A DNA stretch of 64,000 nt from Hyphochytrium catenoides (taxonomy: Eukaryota > Protista > Hyphochytriomycota). Positions 10,430-23,228 of the stretch are shown piece by piece (within the stretch, counting starts at the first letter, position 1; each line of letters begins with the position of its first letter). The notes below the pieces were generated by a model. The model ran no database searches, was not told the origin of the DNA, and was given only the letters and a program-made list of their open reading frames with translations. Both the position numbers and the translations under genes were made by a program. Location of the stretch: the NCBI GenBank assembly GCA_900088475.1, contig FLMG01000265.1:248001-312000 (forward strand), in the 5' to 3' direction.

Positions 10430-13050
10430 TCAGCATTGCAGGCACGCATCATCTTCACTGTCCATGCGCCAAGGCCTCAATCGAGCGTTACCTTTTTCTA
10501 TACTAAGTAATAGTACTCCTTTCCTTCCTCTTCTCTGTCACTGTCTGGTTCGCTCTCTCTTCTGTCTTTTGGGTCTGGGCCTACTTGGCTCTTGACGTTA
10601 CTTCGACGCTGTGAGGATGTGATCCATCAGCTCCGTCTCTCAATCTTCCAGGCAGGTTATCAGGCGATGGTGGAGGCAACGCATGCCAGGACTTGACAAG
10701 CCTCCACAGTCTCACACTCGGCGCCCACCCATCCTGCTAGTCATTGTAGGATGTTCGGCGTCATTTAGTTAGCCCATCCGCCTGTATCGGGTGGGAGTGT
10801 AACGACCTGACTCGTTTATAAGGGTCAAGTATGTATTTCTGGTTGTGACGGTCCAGAGGTGCAGGTTGGCGATGGCTTGGTCTCTTCTTACCCCTCCCTC
10901 CTCTGTCTTACCCGTTCTTGCCCTGTCCTGTTTCCCTATTTTCTCTGTGGCCTCTTCGTCATCAGTCTCTCTCCCTTTTCCTCTCGCTCTCTTCCTCTGC
11001 CTCAACTGCTCACAACTCCTCTCTCTCGGTCTCCCATCTTCCTTCTTCCTTGATGGTCTAACTCAACGCTTTAGCTTGTGCGCGCGCGCTCTCTCTCTCT
11101 CTCTTTCCCATTCAAATGTTCCTTAAAATTATCAGTCGCTGGTCGGGTTGACTATTCTCTGGACCAGCTACGGGTATAGGTTATGTCCTGGTGGATGCAT
11201 TCCGTTTGGCGGGCCTTGGGAAGTTGTTGACTCGACAGTTCTAGTTGTTTGTCTTCTATGCGAGGAGGAACGACTTCAGTGGCTTCGTTCCTCACTCTGT
11301 AACAATCTCCACCAGAGTCTTTCGTCACGCTTCAGCTACAGCATCTAGAAAATCTTTGATTTGTACAGACGACCTTCTTTTTTGTCCTTAGAAGGAGCTA
11401 CGTCTCCTGAAGTCATACAGTTTTCTCTCTACTCTCTACAGAGTCTGATGGTCGTCGGAGACGGGTCTTTAAGTCAAAAGCTAGTCTGCACTACTAGATG
11501 GGCTTCAATGGTTTTCAATCTCTACCTATTCTGACCAGTTCCATTCGTCACGTCAAGAGTCACGTTCAAGAGCTTACAGTACTGCCCTAGTAGGGAAAGA
11601 TTTTGTACAAGGGATCTTTTTTCTTAGCTGCAGAGGAGCTTACCTGTCCAGCGTACATATTAATTGCTATTTGTCAAAGGGTGCTTGTGAAAGACCGCCA
11701 CCGACCCCTTGATGCTTCTCTGTATCACAAAGCTCACCTACCGCGAATTGAGAAGAAGTTCTCCAGTAGGAAAGGGGAATACACCTCAAGCGCTTGTGAC
11801 TGCAACCAAGACCTTTACTTTGTATTGCTGTCATCAAATGTCATCAATACTTATGATGGTGGACTTTTCAAAAGATTCAATTAGGGGATCTTTCTGCTTG
11901 GAATGTCTTATATTCCCTGCTGCAAAGGCTGCCGTAGCTTTAGCAATATGGCGACCCCATATTATTGGGCTAGGTTATGACGTGCTTGTTGGCGTGTTGG
12001 CTGATGCCAGGGCTTCAGGGCAGCAGCTTCCTCTTCTTATTAGCTCTTCATCCTGTGAGCACCCGGCGACTCGGTCTGGTGGTTCTTCACTTCTCCACTG
12101 TAACCTATTGTAAAGGATCGAGCACTCCTGGGGAAGAACTGAAGCGCCGGAAGGAACCGAAGCTCTCCTAGTGGTAGTCCTAAAATAAAGACCTTCTGAA
12201 GCTATTACATTAAGGCCCTATAGGGGGACTGTGCCGATACACGAAGATGATGGTTCTTAGCCGAAAATACCGCTTATGGTTAGCCAGTGAGGTCAACGAG
12301 CTCAGAAAGCTGCATCTCAGCGGCATGGAGCTCTGGTCTTGCTGCATCCTCATTCAATCGTCGTGATCTATGGGCCTCCGACAAGGTGTATCAAGTCTCC
12401 TCAGCTCAGTCCTCTTGCTATCCAACTACTGATGCATCGCACTAGTTGAATGTTCTGAGTAAGGTCTGACTTTTGCATAAGCTGTCAAGCTAGCGAGTAT
12501 GGCGCCTTCACGGCAAGGGTTTGGCGAGCTCTCCAATGATCGAACCCTACAGCTAGACAATGGTGTTCTCTGCTCACTAGCATAAGCCCTAATCACTATC
12601 AGTCCGGCCTGCACGTTGGCCTCGATGAGTCTCTCCGCGCTGAGACGATGCCTATTGAAGGCGCTTACAATGCTCCTTAGAGGTCTGGCACAGGTATGAC
12701 GGAGTTAACATATTAAGTGTTCTTCCTTGAAAAGTAGGAAGTAGACATTGCCCACACACTTTTATCCTTTGTTTCCAGGGAATACTCTACTGCCTCAACT
12801 TGCAAGGCCAACTAATGTCGTCTTCATGGAAGGACAGGAGACGAAAGTGGAATAGACAGGTTTGCTCTATGAGCTGAAAGCGCTCATCGCCATCACTAAT
12901 AACCATATTTGCCTAGGAGAGGGATGTGCTGATCACTTCGCCAAGTGCTGTCCATGGAACTGACTTATTTGAAGAGTTCCGCAGACGTGTCACCGGTAGG
13001 TCTTCATGTGCCCCTACAATCCTGGAGAATGGGAACTTGTCCCTAGCCCT

Positions 13051-16000
13051 CCTTCCTGTCCGTACTCTTGAGCAAGAAAGTAAGAGCTGATCCGGTGATA
13101 CTGTCGCAGGGTATGAGAGTAGCTTTCAAAACTTCCGTTTGGCGTTCCTCGTCATGCCAGTGGTGCTATGCCTGGCCCTTGCAGTTTTGGGCCGGTGCGG
13201 AGTGCTTGTCTATAGTGGCCTTGTTGGGCCGGTCTGGTACTTTGCCACGCTCATGGTCACGGTTAACCCCTTCTGGCAAGTCTACGAGTACAGGGGCTTG
13301 GGGTAGGTGTCAGACGGGCCTCGCGGACTATGGTCATACTTTTCTATACAAAACGCTATATCTTCTCCTTTTGGGTTCTAGCAGTCGATGAACGGCACTG
13401 CTCTTCCGGTCACTCCCACTCAGGGCTCTGCGCTTCTGATCAGTTTCCCCTTTTCTTTCTCGTTCTCTCTATCTCTTCCTCATCGTCCAACCCCTTGTCA
13501 AAAGGAGGTTCCGCCAGTCCCTCTATATCCTCCACGTCAGATCTTCTTAGCGTTGTGACTTAACTTCTTAAGGTCACCAGTCTTCTCTCCTTGCCCGCAG
13601 ACCTGGGTTCGCCCGGAATATGTTCACAGTGCTGCTGATTATCAGCTTTCTAATCGGCATAGTCGAAGTCTATTTGACGGTCTTCCTAGGTGATAGGTCC
13701 TCATCCTGGATTGTAGGGAGCTCTCTCTCTGGCTTTCTGACTATCGGGGCAATTCCTTTTTTCTTCTTCGTCCAGGTCAGTCATGTGCAGACAATCACGG
13801 CGCCCATCTTGCGTAACTCGTTCTCTCATCAATCTAATTTCCGGTTACTTCTGCACCCTCCTATCTGATGCTTCTGCAGCATCGGAAGGTCCGAGAAACG
13901 CTAGTACATAATGGTCCTATCTCAGAGGACGATGGCCATGGGCTACGGGAAGGTACCTGCGGCTGGATTTATTGTGCCTTTGATTGGATTTCTAACAAGA
14001 TTATGGCTTCGAAGGTCCGGAAAGCAAGGATGGCGTGGAGATCGGAGAAATGAGCGGGGCGACTAAAGAGCAATCGCAAGGGAAGGAGTATGTCTCTGGA
14101 TTTGATAGAGGTAAGATTGAAGGGACAGCGCTCGAGAAAGAGAAGCCGAGAATTAAGTGATGATGGGGGAAGGAAAGGACTAGGGCTCTTTGATAGGTGA
14201 AGCGTTGGACTCATCTTAGTCATATGGCTGCGACAATGAAACAGGACCTGAAGCACATTAGCCCTTCTTGTGGCAGAGGCACCCAAGACCATACTCACTT
14301 ATCTCTCTTTTGCCCAGATGCACATTCACGAATACTCCCTGTCACGTACTCTACGGCATTGTTAGCCGCAACCATTTCCTGGGCCAACTACCTTATTCCA
14401 TCGGGTTCAGTGCTCTCTCAATGGGATTTAATCTACGTCTGTGTCTTTGCCAGCCTCTATGTCATTGGGAAAGAGAGGACGAAGGATATCTCTTATCACT
14501 TCGGTTATCTCATTTTTTATGCAGTGGTCATGACCAAAGTAAGGGCTCATATCCTGTTGCTTTTCTTTGTCCTCATGGTCTGATGATCTCCTTCAAGGCG
14601 CCCAATTTCCTTGGACCGCTCTCTCTGAGAGCGTTTGAGTCCCTCCATCTCTCTTTGGAGACGTATCTACCGTCGTTTTTGTCATGGGGAGAGCTCTTCA
14701 TTTCCTTTGGCTACGTGCTGATGATGCAGGTGCGCGGGACTTTATCCTGACCTGATGGCTGTCGTATGCCTTTGGCATGATATTCGACAACTTGCGGTGT
14801 CTACGGACGCTCCAGTTATTCCTGGTTCTCTGACGTCACTTCACGTGTACTTCCGTGACTTTTTAACGGTTCCATCCGTTACTCTTGGCTCTACTCCGTC
14901 AAGGCTCTATCATTTTGAGTCCCGCATTCATTCAGCAAAACTTTAACTGTCGGCGCTACTGACTTATTCTGCAGACTTTTTTCTTTACGCTGTCGATTGT
15001 TGTCGCCAAGCTCTCAAGGCAATCCTCGCACCCGGCGTTACTCTTTATCGCGCAGCTATATTTCTACCTCTTCTGGTATCTATTAGTAGCCAACGATCGC
15101 CCCATAGATGGCTCGTACTGGGTGACGCTATTATGGAATGTGAGTATAAAGTGGTAGGATTGAGAACGAGGTACATTAGAATCTTGCGAGAGCAAAGGAG
15201 TTCCCGGCGACGATGTGCTTTAACGCCAATCCGACTGAAAGTGTCGGTAGGACCGCACAAAGAAAGCCCTTTCAGGATGGGTACGGGCGTGCCGGGAAGG
15301 ATCACTAAAGTTTTGAAGTGGTCTTGAAGGGACGGGGGAAACGGGGGCTATCACCGGGACTGACATCTTGTCCTCTTCCTCTTCCGCTGTATACCGACAG
15401 AATGTACACGTCATTCTTACCAATACTGGATTCTATGCTGACGTCTTCAGAACAGGCGTAGCTTTTATCAAAAATCCCTTCTTGCCTTGCATCCGACTCG
15501 ACTCTCTGAACTGCTACAGGTAATCAGATCTGGCCCTGTCCTTTACTCTCGACGGTTCAGAGTCACTATGTATTGCCGGAACGAGGTCGAGAGCTTGAAA
15601 ATGGTCCCATAATGTTCCTTGAAGCCTAATTAACCTGAGCTCACTCCGTCGACACATGCAGGGCGTCATTGAGGGCAAAACGTCAGCGGGAGGAAGAGGA
15701 GGAAGAAGAGCTCTTGAAGCATGCAGCCTATGATAGCAGTGATGACACTACCTTTTCTAGAAATGTATCCTCACCCCTTATCAACAGAAAGTCGGGAAGG
15801 TAGGCAGACTGTGTCTGGTCGAGAGCCATTTGGTCGGTTGTCTAACTCTCTCTGGACTTGGTTTCAGGGTGAAAGTCACACGGTATGACGTGGAACCGCT
15901 CTCTGAGGAGGAGATAAAGTCGCTCATCTTTCTGATCACGGTATCCAGCCGCTCAGCCTAAGCTCCCTGGAAGCCTGACTGTTACGTGCCTTCATTATTT

Positions 16001-17133
16001 TGTGTGCTCGTGTGCCTCCCTTTCTGCTCCCCTTGTACCCTTTCTTTTCTTATGCCTTACCAAGCCCTCCTCCCTTCCTCTTTTCAGATGGCGGAACAGG
16101 ACAATATGGCAGACTCCACCGCGCTCATCATCGTGCCCTCACTGCTGAGCCTCTTTTCGATTCTTAACCCCAATAACGTCAGTGATGCATACCTCTTCCC
16201 ACCTCCTTACCCTCTCAATCTCAGTCGGCACACTTTCCAGTAGTTCTCTTCACAAGCATCTTCCTTTCCTATAGTCACCTTGGCCAATAACGCCCAAGTT
16301 CCGTGCTCAAAGTCTTTTTGTACTGACCATCAGGTTTCCCCTCACTCTGCAGAGCTCATCCATAATGAGCAAAGGCAACTTGTGGCTACGCTGTGTGTTC
16401 ATGTACATCGCGCGGCTTATAAGGTAAATTTGCCCAAGAATTCATCAGACAACAGCCATTTTTACTCATCTATAGCGAAATACATCCAGCTTCGTTGTTT
16501 CCAACGTTTTACCGGCATTGTCGGCTCAAAAGTAACCTTAAGGCCATCTTCCTTCTGTTTTACTTTGCAACGCTCTTTCTCTCGTTCTCACGTTTTCCCT
16601 TCGTTTTTGGGTGCGCTTGCTGTTCAGTGGCCACCTTGCCAGGGAAATACTTACACATAAACTGCGCTCAAGCTCCAAGGTAAAGTATAGGCTGTCTTCT
16701 CGACTGACAACTGTCCCGTGAGGCACCGCTAACAGCTGCTATCTTCGCAAACTGCAGGCGGATGAGCTGGAGGAGACTAACGAAACGAGTCGAGAGGTTG
16801 AAAAGCTGGACAGGTGCGAACACTCATTAGCTCTAGCTCTTCTATTATGCGGTTCTTCCGCTCCTCTCTTCCGCGCCTGCCAGCTGTAATGGATATTATG
16901 AACCAATCTCAGCTATCTAGGTTGCTATGGTCCCATCTATCTCTCACCCCACTGTTATCGACGTGTCTTTATGCAGCATTGTTATGCGGGACTTAAAGGA
17001 TCGCTTTTGGTTCTTGGTGGCAGTGACAGTGAGCTGCACTTTCGCCTGCTTTCAACACGACGACATCCCCTCGCGCTTCGCCTTCCTTGTTCAGGTTAAC
17101 ACCGACTTCACACCCACAAATGGACAGCCTTGA
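13051..17133 (+). CDS. Multi-exon, multi-pass membrane protein of unknown function
   Basis: A series of GT/AG-bounded hydrophobic exons, e.g. 13601-13774 (MFTVLLIISFLIGIVEVYLTVF...IPFFFFVQ), about 14318-14538, 14598-14729, 16088 (MAEQDNMADSTALIIVPSLLSLF), and a last exon DRFWFLVAVTVSCTFACF...TGA ending 17133. The 5' end and some junctions are unresolved. Confidence 0.55.
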
Positions 17134-18220
17134 GGAGGGAGAAGGCCTGAAAGGGGCCTGTTACTTCTTATTCTTCTACTTCCTGCATTGCCTTATTCCG
17201 CGCGCTATGCCTTTTGGACACATCTGCTCCGGCAGTAAATGAGCTCCGAATGAGCAGATTTGAAAGTCGCGCAGCGCTTCAAAGGCTCTGTATCCTTACT
17301 ATGGCGTGATTGAAAAGGCCCAGTAGGTGCAGCACGCAAGGTTGCTTCTTCAAAGCCCACGAAAATAGAGGTTTCAAAGGGCGCCCGACAAAGACGAAGC
17401 ACTGAGATGGGGCGATAGATAGGGAAAATGGTAGCAGAGTCAAGACCATGGCAACATATCGAGAATGAGGGCTAGGTTGGGTTACAAGAGACTAGGTCAG
17501 AGGCACTGGGTGGGGCCCGGAGGCCCTTCTCTCATCGTATAGACAGAATAGAACCTCTTGCTCTATCGCCCCATCCATCAACAAGAAAGGGTTATATATC
17601 TTCTGTGCTCCTCCGTTCCCCAGAGTCGTCTAACGCATATCCATGTTTCTTCAGAAGTGTCCTCTCGCGGGTCACTCTTGTCCTACATCGATTCGCAACG
17701 CTACATCATCATTGCTCTTCAGCTCCCTTCCGCGTATTACCTCTCAACCATGCCGATGACACTGGAAGAGAGAACTGCTCTGCCCAGCCTATGCCGACCG
17801 TGATGCTCCCACAGAGCTTAGTTTCTTCCTTCGTCCTCAAGCCACCTTGTGCGATCCTGGTGTGCTTGTCGGCTTGGTTGTTTATCAGAGAATGAGCAGC
17901 GGCTTGGTTGCTGGGGACAAGAGGCCGGTGGAAGTCATGCCAACGCCTGCGGCAGCAACCGTAAGACTCTCTGATCACAGGAAAGATACCGTACAAGTCA
18001 GAAAGGGGTGACTCCCAGCACCCAAGGATGGAGGCAATTGGTTGTTATAGTTGACAGGTGTATTGTGAGGTGAGGGGACGACGTCGATACCCGGTGCGTG
18101 GCGTCGCCCCCATCAGAACACGTGTGCGGTCGATTGGGAGAACAAGAAGATCTCCCTTGTCTTTCTTCTCAGCTGCCTCCCCCTCTCTCTCTTGCTCTCT
18201 TGCTCTCTCTCCCTCTTTCT

Positions 18221-18336
18221 NNNNNNNNNNNNNNNNNNNNNNNNNNNNNNNNNNNNNNNNNNNNNNNNNNNNNNNNNNNNNNNNNNNNNNNNNNNNNNNN
18301 NNNNNNNNNNNNNNNNNNNNNNNNNNNNNNNNNNNN
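18221..18336. other. Assembly gap (N run) next to a CT-rich tract
   Basis: Run of n characters. Confidence 0.99.
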
Positions 18337-18363
18337 TCATTGAGACAAAATCCTTATCAGAGA

Positions 18364-20122
18364 ATGAGCAGCGGCGCTCTTATCGCGCGGAGGAGTCTGT
18401 TGTTCTCCCGCTTCAAACCTCTCTTTTCTACCCATAATCTTCGACAGAGCGCTGTGCCTTCCTCAAGGCTGAGCTCCACTCACGCAATCATGACCAAGAA
18501 AGCGCTTGTTCCAGTGGTAAGAGTGGCCGCAGGGGAATAGGGAGGACGAGGTCTGAGAAGGTAGTAAGAGGAGCTTAAACGTTGCCTTGAAGCGTGACAG
18601 AGGGACACGCACACAGAGAGAGAGAGAGCCAAAGAGGAGGGGGATACATTGAGAGGATCGACCCTGAGAGGAGCTTGTCTCGCAGCAGCCTAACAAGCTT
18701 ATCATCCCATAGGCAGATGGTAGTGAGGATATTGAAACAGTCACGATTGTGGATGTCCTCCGTCGAGCCAAATTTGAGGTGAGTAGGCCAATGATGCCTA
18801 AGTATCGCCAGCGCACGACTACGGCGGCTATAGACTGTGAGAAAAGGATGACTAGGCCCATTAGGGGCGATACGGGTAGAGATGAGGGCCGCTGAACCAG
18901 CCGAGATGCGATTAGACTCGTTAGAGAAAGTCCTCGCAAGTGCCAGGAGTCGGAGCGCTGAACGACTCACTCTTTCTTGCGAGTAGGTGGTGCTAGCAAG
19001 CGTCATGCCAGGACGGAATGAGGTGACGCTGGCCCGTGGCTGCCGCCTGGTTGCTGACCGTAACATCTCCGAAGTGCTGCAGCACTCCCATGACTGGGAT
19101 GTCATTGCACTGCCAGGGGTAGGAGAGAGTTTATCAGCTCTATCATCCTGGCTGATGGGGTCTTTATGGAGTTCTTTCTTCGCCAATCTCTTTGTGTGTC
19201 TGCTCTCTCTTTCTCAGTGTTTCTCTGCTATTGACCTGCGTTTCGACTCCACTCGCTGTCTGTTCCGTCGGCCACATTGGCACTCTCGGTTGCTTCTCTC
19301 TCTTCCATACCAGTGAATCACCTGTGCTTATCTTCCTTTTGCTGGTATCGTGGACAGGGCATGCCTGGTGCTGAACACCTACGGGACTGTTCAGGGCTGA
19401 TTGAGCTCTTGAAAAGACAGAAAGCTGCGGGCAAACTCTATGCTGCCATCTGTGCTTCTCCTGCAGTCGTCTTTCATCACCACGGACTCCTCGAAGGGAA
19501 GAAATTCACATGCTTCCCCTCCTTTGCACAGAAGATCCCAGGTACGATCTATACGGCGCTAGAGGATGAGGGATGCATGCGATTGCAGCTGTAAAGAGAT
19601 TTAAAAATGGACAACGGGTCGAGAGGAGAGAGACAGATAGGCAGACAACAGATAAAGCGGCGGGTCACGTGCAGCAGGACGGAAAGGCAGGACCGGCACG
19701 GGGCGAAATGGGAGAGAGGTACGGCATGCCGCTTCTGCTGATGTCCTACTTGTAGGGGCGAGTTCAGCATCCTCGGACCGCGTCGTCGTATCAGGTAACT
19801 GCATTACCAGCCAGGGGCCCGGCACATCTATCGAGTTCGCGCTGAAGATCGTCGAGCATGTTGCTGGGAAGGTCAGGAAAAGCTGTTCTTTCTTCTGTCA
19901 TTTTCATTCTAGTCTGCGGGTCACTTGTGCCCATACTAGACCTATCTATGGCCATCAGTCCAGGTCCTACGTGTCCCCTCCATCTTCTCTCTTTTTAGTG
20001 ACCAACCTGGGTTCATAATCAGCTCCGTGGCTCATATCGGTCTTTCTTGACTTTACTGCCAGAGCGTTGGCAAATCCACGGAAGAGCCTTTGCTTGCTGC
20101 TGTCTCTGTGGTTGGTGCTTAA
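18364..20122 (+). CDS. DJ-1/PfpI (YajL/ThiJ-like) glyoxalase/deglycase with putative mitochondrial presequence
   Basis: Six exons give KKALVPV|[19 protein letters not shown]...[15 protein letters not shown]...[11 protein letters not shown]...[14 protein letters not shown]...VVGA*. Catalytic Glu and Cys are present. The N-terminal extension is Arg/Ser-rich with no acidic residues. Confidence 0.92.
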
Positions 20123-20462
20123 GGAAGCTGGAAAAAAAAGCCGAGATGATCAATCGCTTTGTAGGCATCTAGGCCAGCTACTGTTTTTAATACTGTTTGA
20201 TAATGAATTTGCGTATGACTCGCTGTAATCAAATGAAGACCATAAGACAATCTACTTCGTCAGTGAGTAAGCGACGAGTAGAGTGGCAGTAGGACGAACT
20301 GGCTAAGAAGAAATGGGCCGCACTAGACAAGCGAGGCGCTATCACTTCAGTCAGATCTAGAGCCACTCCTGCTGGCGGAAGAGGAGGGTCTTCTACGTGC
20401 CCTCCTATAAGAAGAATGGTGAGCCTTGTTTTCGTAGCAAAAATACGAGCACGACCTGCTTA

Positions 20463-23228
20463 CTACCTGGGCGGAGACGAAGACTGGGACCTCGACCTTT
20501 CTCTGCCTCTGCTGCGGCTTCTCGAGGATTGCCTCTGTGCTTTTGCTCTCCTCTCGGGTGTTGGGCTCTTGCTCTCTGACACTTTCCTCGGCGGCGAATC
20601 GTCTCTGCGCCTTCTGTCCGCTTTCCCTCTACTTCTGCTCCTTTCGAATGACCTGGGTTTGTCTCTACGTTCTCTACTCCTACTACGCGAATGATGTCGT
20701 CCTCGTTCCTCCGAACGTTCTGCGTGCCTTCTCGCTCCTCTTTCTTCTGACCTCCTCTTAGCTTGGGTCCGTCCTCTGTCATTGCTTCTGCTTCTGCTAA
20801 GTAATTTGAAGGGAAAGTCAGTGGTGGGAGTTGTTTGAGAGGGATACCCTGATCTTACCTCTTCTGTTCTTTTCCGTCTCTTTGCGTTCTTTCTTCCCCT
20901 CTTCTTCTTGTCTCTCCTTCCCTAAAGCGGAAGCGGCTGCGGCTCTCGCTTCTGCGCTCTCTGAACTGTCTTCGCCCTCTGAAAGAACCACTGTCTTCCC
21001 TGCTGTCGGCCCTTCCCCTATAGGGTGGGCGCCTGGAGCCTCCTCGAAAGCCTCCACCTCCCGGTCCTCTGGAGTCTGACCGGTATCTGGAACGAGACTC
21101 TAATTAGAATGCAAGGAAGCGAATAATACTTTGTAATACTTTGGACAATCGGGGAGCAATCTACGTGGCAGCCCGCAAGGACAATGCAGAGGAGAAGGCA
21201 CGTAATCCCTGGCCGTGATAAAAAGGTTCTCCGCCTTACTGTCTTAGCCCTCTCCCACGGTAAATGGTTCCATCAGGACCAACCCGGACCTCGCCTCGGG
21301 GAAGCTCCTCCTTTTCTTTTGTCTTCTCTTCCGCTACCGGCACAAGAGAGAGGGAAGTAGTGTGAGACGATACGCGCACTGAGAGACAGACAGGTAGTAC
21401 TTCCAAATATATTTGAAAGGGAAACGTCTAACCTTCCTTGAGCTTGGCCTTATCCTCTTTTGACTCTTCTTCATCTGAAGAAGAAGATGCATCTTCTTTC
21501 TTCTTCTTTCGCTTCTTATCCTTTCGGGCTTCCTTTTTCTTCCTGTGGATGGGGTTGAGGGCAGGGCCTCAAATGGTAGGGGTTATAGGGGTTTACACCT
21601 TACCTTCTCTTTTTCTCCTTTCTCTTCTTCCGCTTCCTCCTTTCTTCCTCACTAGCAAGCAGTACGTTAGCTCACTCGCGCGAGGGCTCTGTCTTAGTGG
21701 GAACAAAATGTCAACGGAAGACCGGATTACCTGCTAGAGTCGGAATCGTCTGAGCTCCCGCTGGAGCTGCTTTCCTCACTTGAACTCGCCTCTCGCCGTT
21801 TTTTCGACTTCTTAGTAGCTTTCTTGTCTGCGAAGAGAAGGTAAGCTCGATGGGGACGTAGGGTTGTAGATGCTAATCCTCACCCTTTGGCTCTTCAGGG
21901 TAGCAGCCGCAGTCAGTGATTTGGATCGGTGCCACTGGGCGGTCCCGAGCATCAGTTGGTGTGGCGTCCATTCTGAGAAGGCAAAGAAGATAACGTTACT
22001 TGCCGACCTCCCCAATAGATAGAATAGAGAGATAGATAAGCAGTAAGGATGGCTAATTGGGGAATACATAAGAACCAACTCTCAGCAGGGTGAGCCATAC
22101 CTCCTAACTATGTCTTCACCCTTCAGAACCTCTCCAAACACGACGTGCTTGCCGTCAAGATGCGGGGTCGGAGCAGTGGTGATGAAAAACTGCGAGCCAT
22201 TAGTGTTGGGTCCTAGTTAAAAAGAGTGTCACGGCGTAAGATAGAAAGAGAGGAAGCTGAATGAGGAAACCAGTTGAGGAGCTTGTAGGAACATTGGGCG
22301 AGAACAGGTAGGTATAAGTGAAGACTAGGTGACCGAAGACCGCCACTTTCGCGGTGTCAGGTCTGGATGGCGAAGTATGATACTCAGCAATGAAAGAGTA
22401 GTTTGGCCAGTGATAAGGGCAGAATGAGTGCAAAGAAGAGGCTATCACAAAGACAACTATCGACCCAGTGGGAGAGTTACGACGATTCGTACCGGCATTT
22501 GCCATACTCAGGCGGAAAGGCTTATCGTGCCGGTATCGGAAGCCCTCATCTGGAAATCGCTCTCCATAAATGCTTTCTCCTCCTGTACCATTTCCAGCTG
22601 TGAAGTCGCCCTGCGTGAAGGTGGCCAATGTGAGGGGTCCGCCCAACAGTGAGGATCGGATCGAACGAATGACGGACCACAAAGAAGCAAGTCAGCCGTC
22701 AGATTGGTCTTCAAAGGAAGCACATCCAGGAACGTAGGGCCGCGGACGCAGTGCAACGCAAAAGCCACAGAAGCAGAGCAGAAGACGATGGGAATACGTA
22801 CGCCTTGGCACATGAACCTCTTGATCACTCTATGGAACTTGGAGCCTAAAGGATAACGTCAATCCAGATAATCGACAGAACACCCTAGTAAGTGGGGTTG
22901 CTATTGCCGTGTCTGAGGATCAGCGTTATGTTTGCAAGCACCTTTGTAATGCAGAGGCTTTCCAGCTTTGCCTAGTCCTTTCTCTCCCGTACAAAGAGCT
23001 CTGAAGTTCGCTGTCGTCTTTGGAAGTCCCTCATAGAGCTGAAACTCGATGCGTCCAAGCGCTTCATTGCCAATAGAAATATCTTTTAAGCGAACGGATG
23101 ACCCACATGATGTGGGTAGAATCAGGAGGAGCAAGGAGAGGTGGACGTCAACGCGAGAGGGAAGCGATATAGGCTTGTCTGTCGGGTGCTAATATTATTA
23201 ACTTACCGAACCAACAAACTGGTGCCAT
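20463..23228 (-). CDS. Cyclophilin-type peptidyl-prolyl isomerase with Lys-rich and RS-rich C-terminal region (PPIG/CYP63-like)
   Basis: Spliced exons give [16 protein letters not shown]...[35 protein letters not shown]...[30 protein letters not shown]. The last exon is Arg-Ser rich and ends [11 protein letters not shown] (TAG at 20463-20465). Confidence 0.93.

Noticed and set aside
11130-13050. Possible extra 5' exons or a separate gene upstream of the orphan membrane protein
   Set aside because: I could not build a phase-consistent model or recognise any domain.
20405-20782. 125-aa minus-strand ORF listed in the track
   Set aside because: Wrong frame. The RS-rich frame ending at TAG 20463 is the cyclophilin's last exon.
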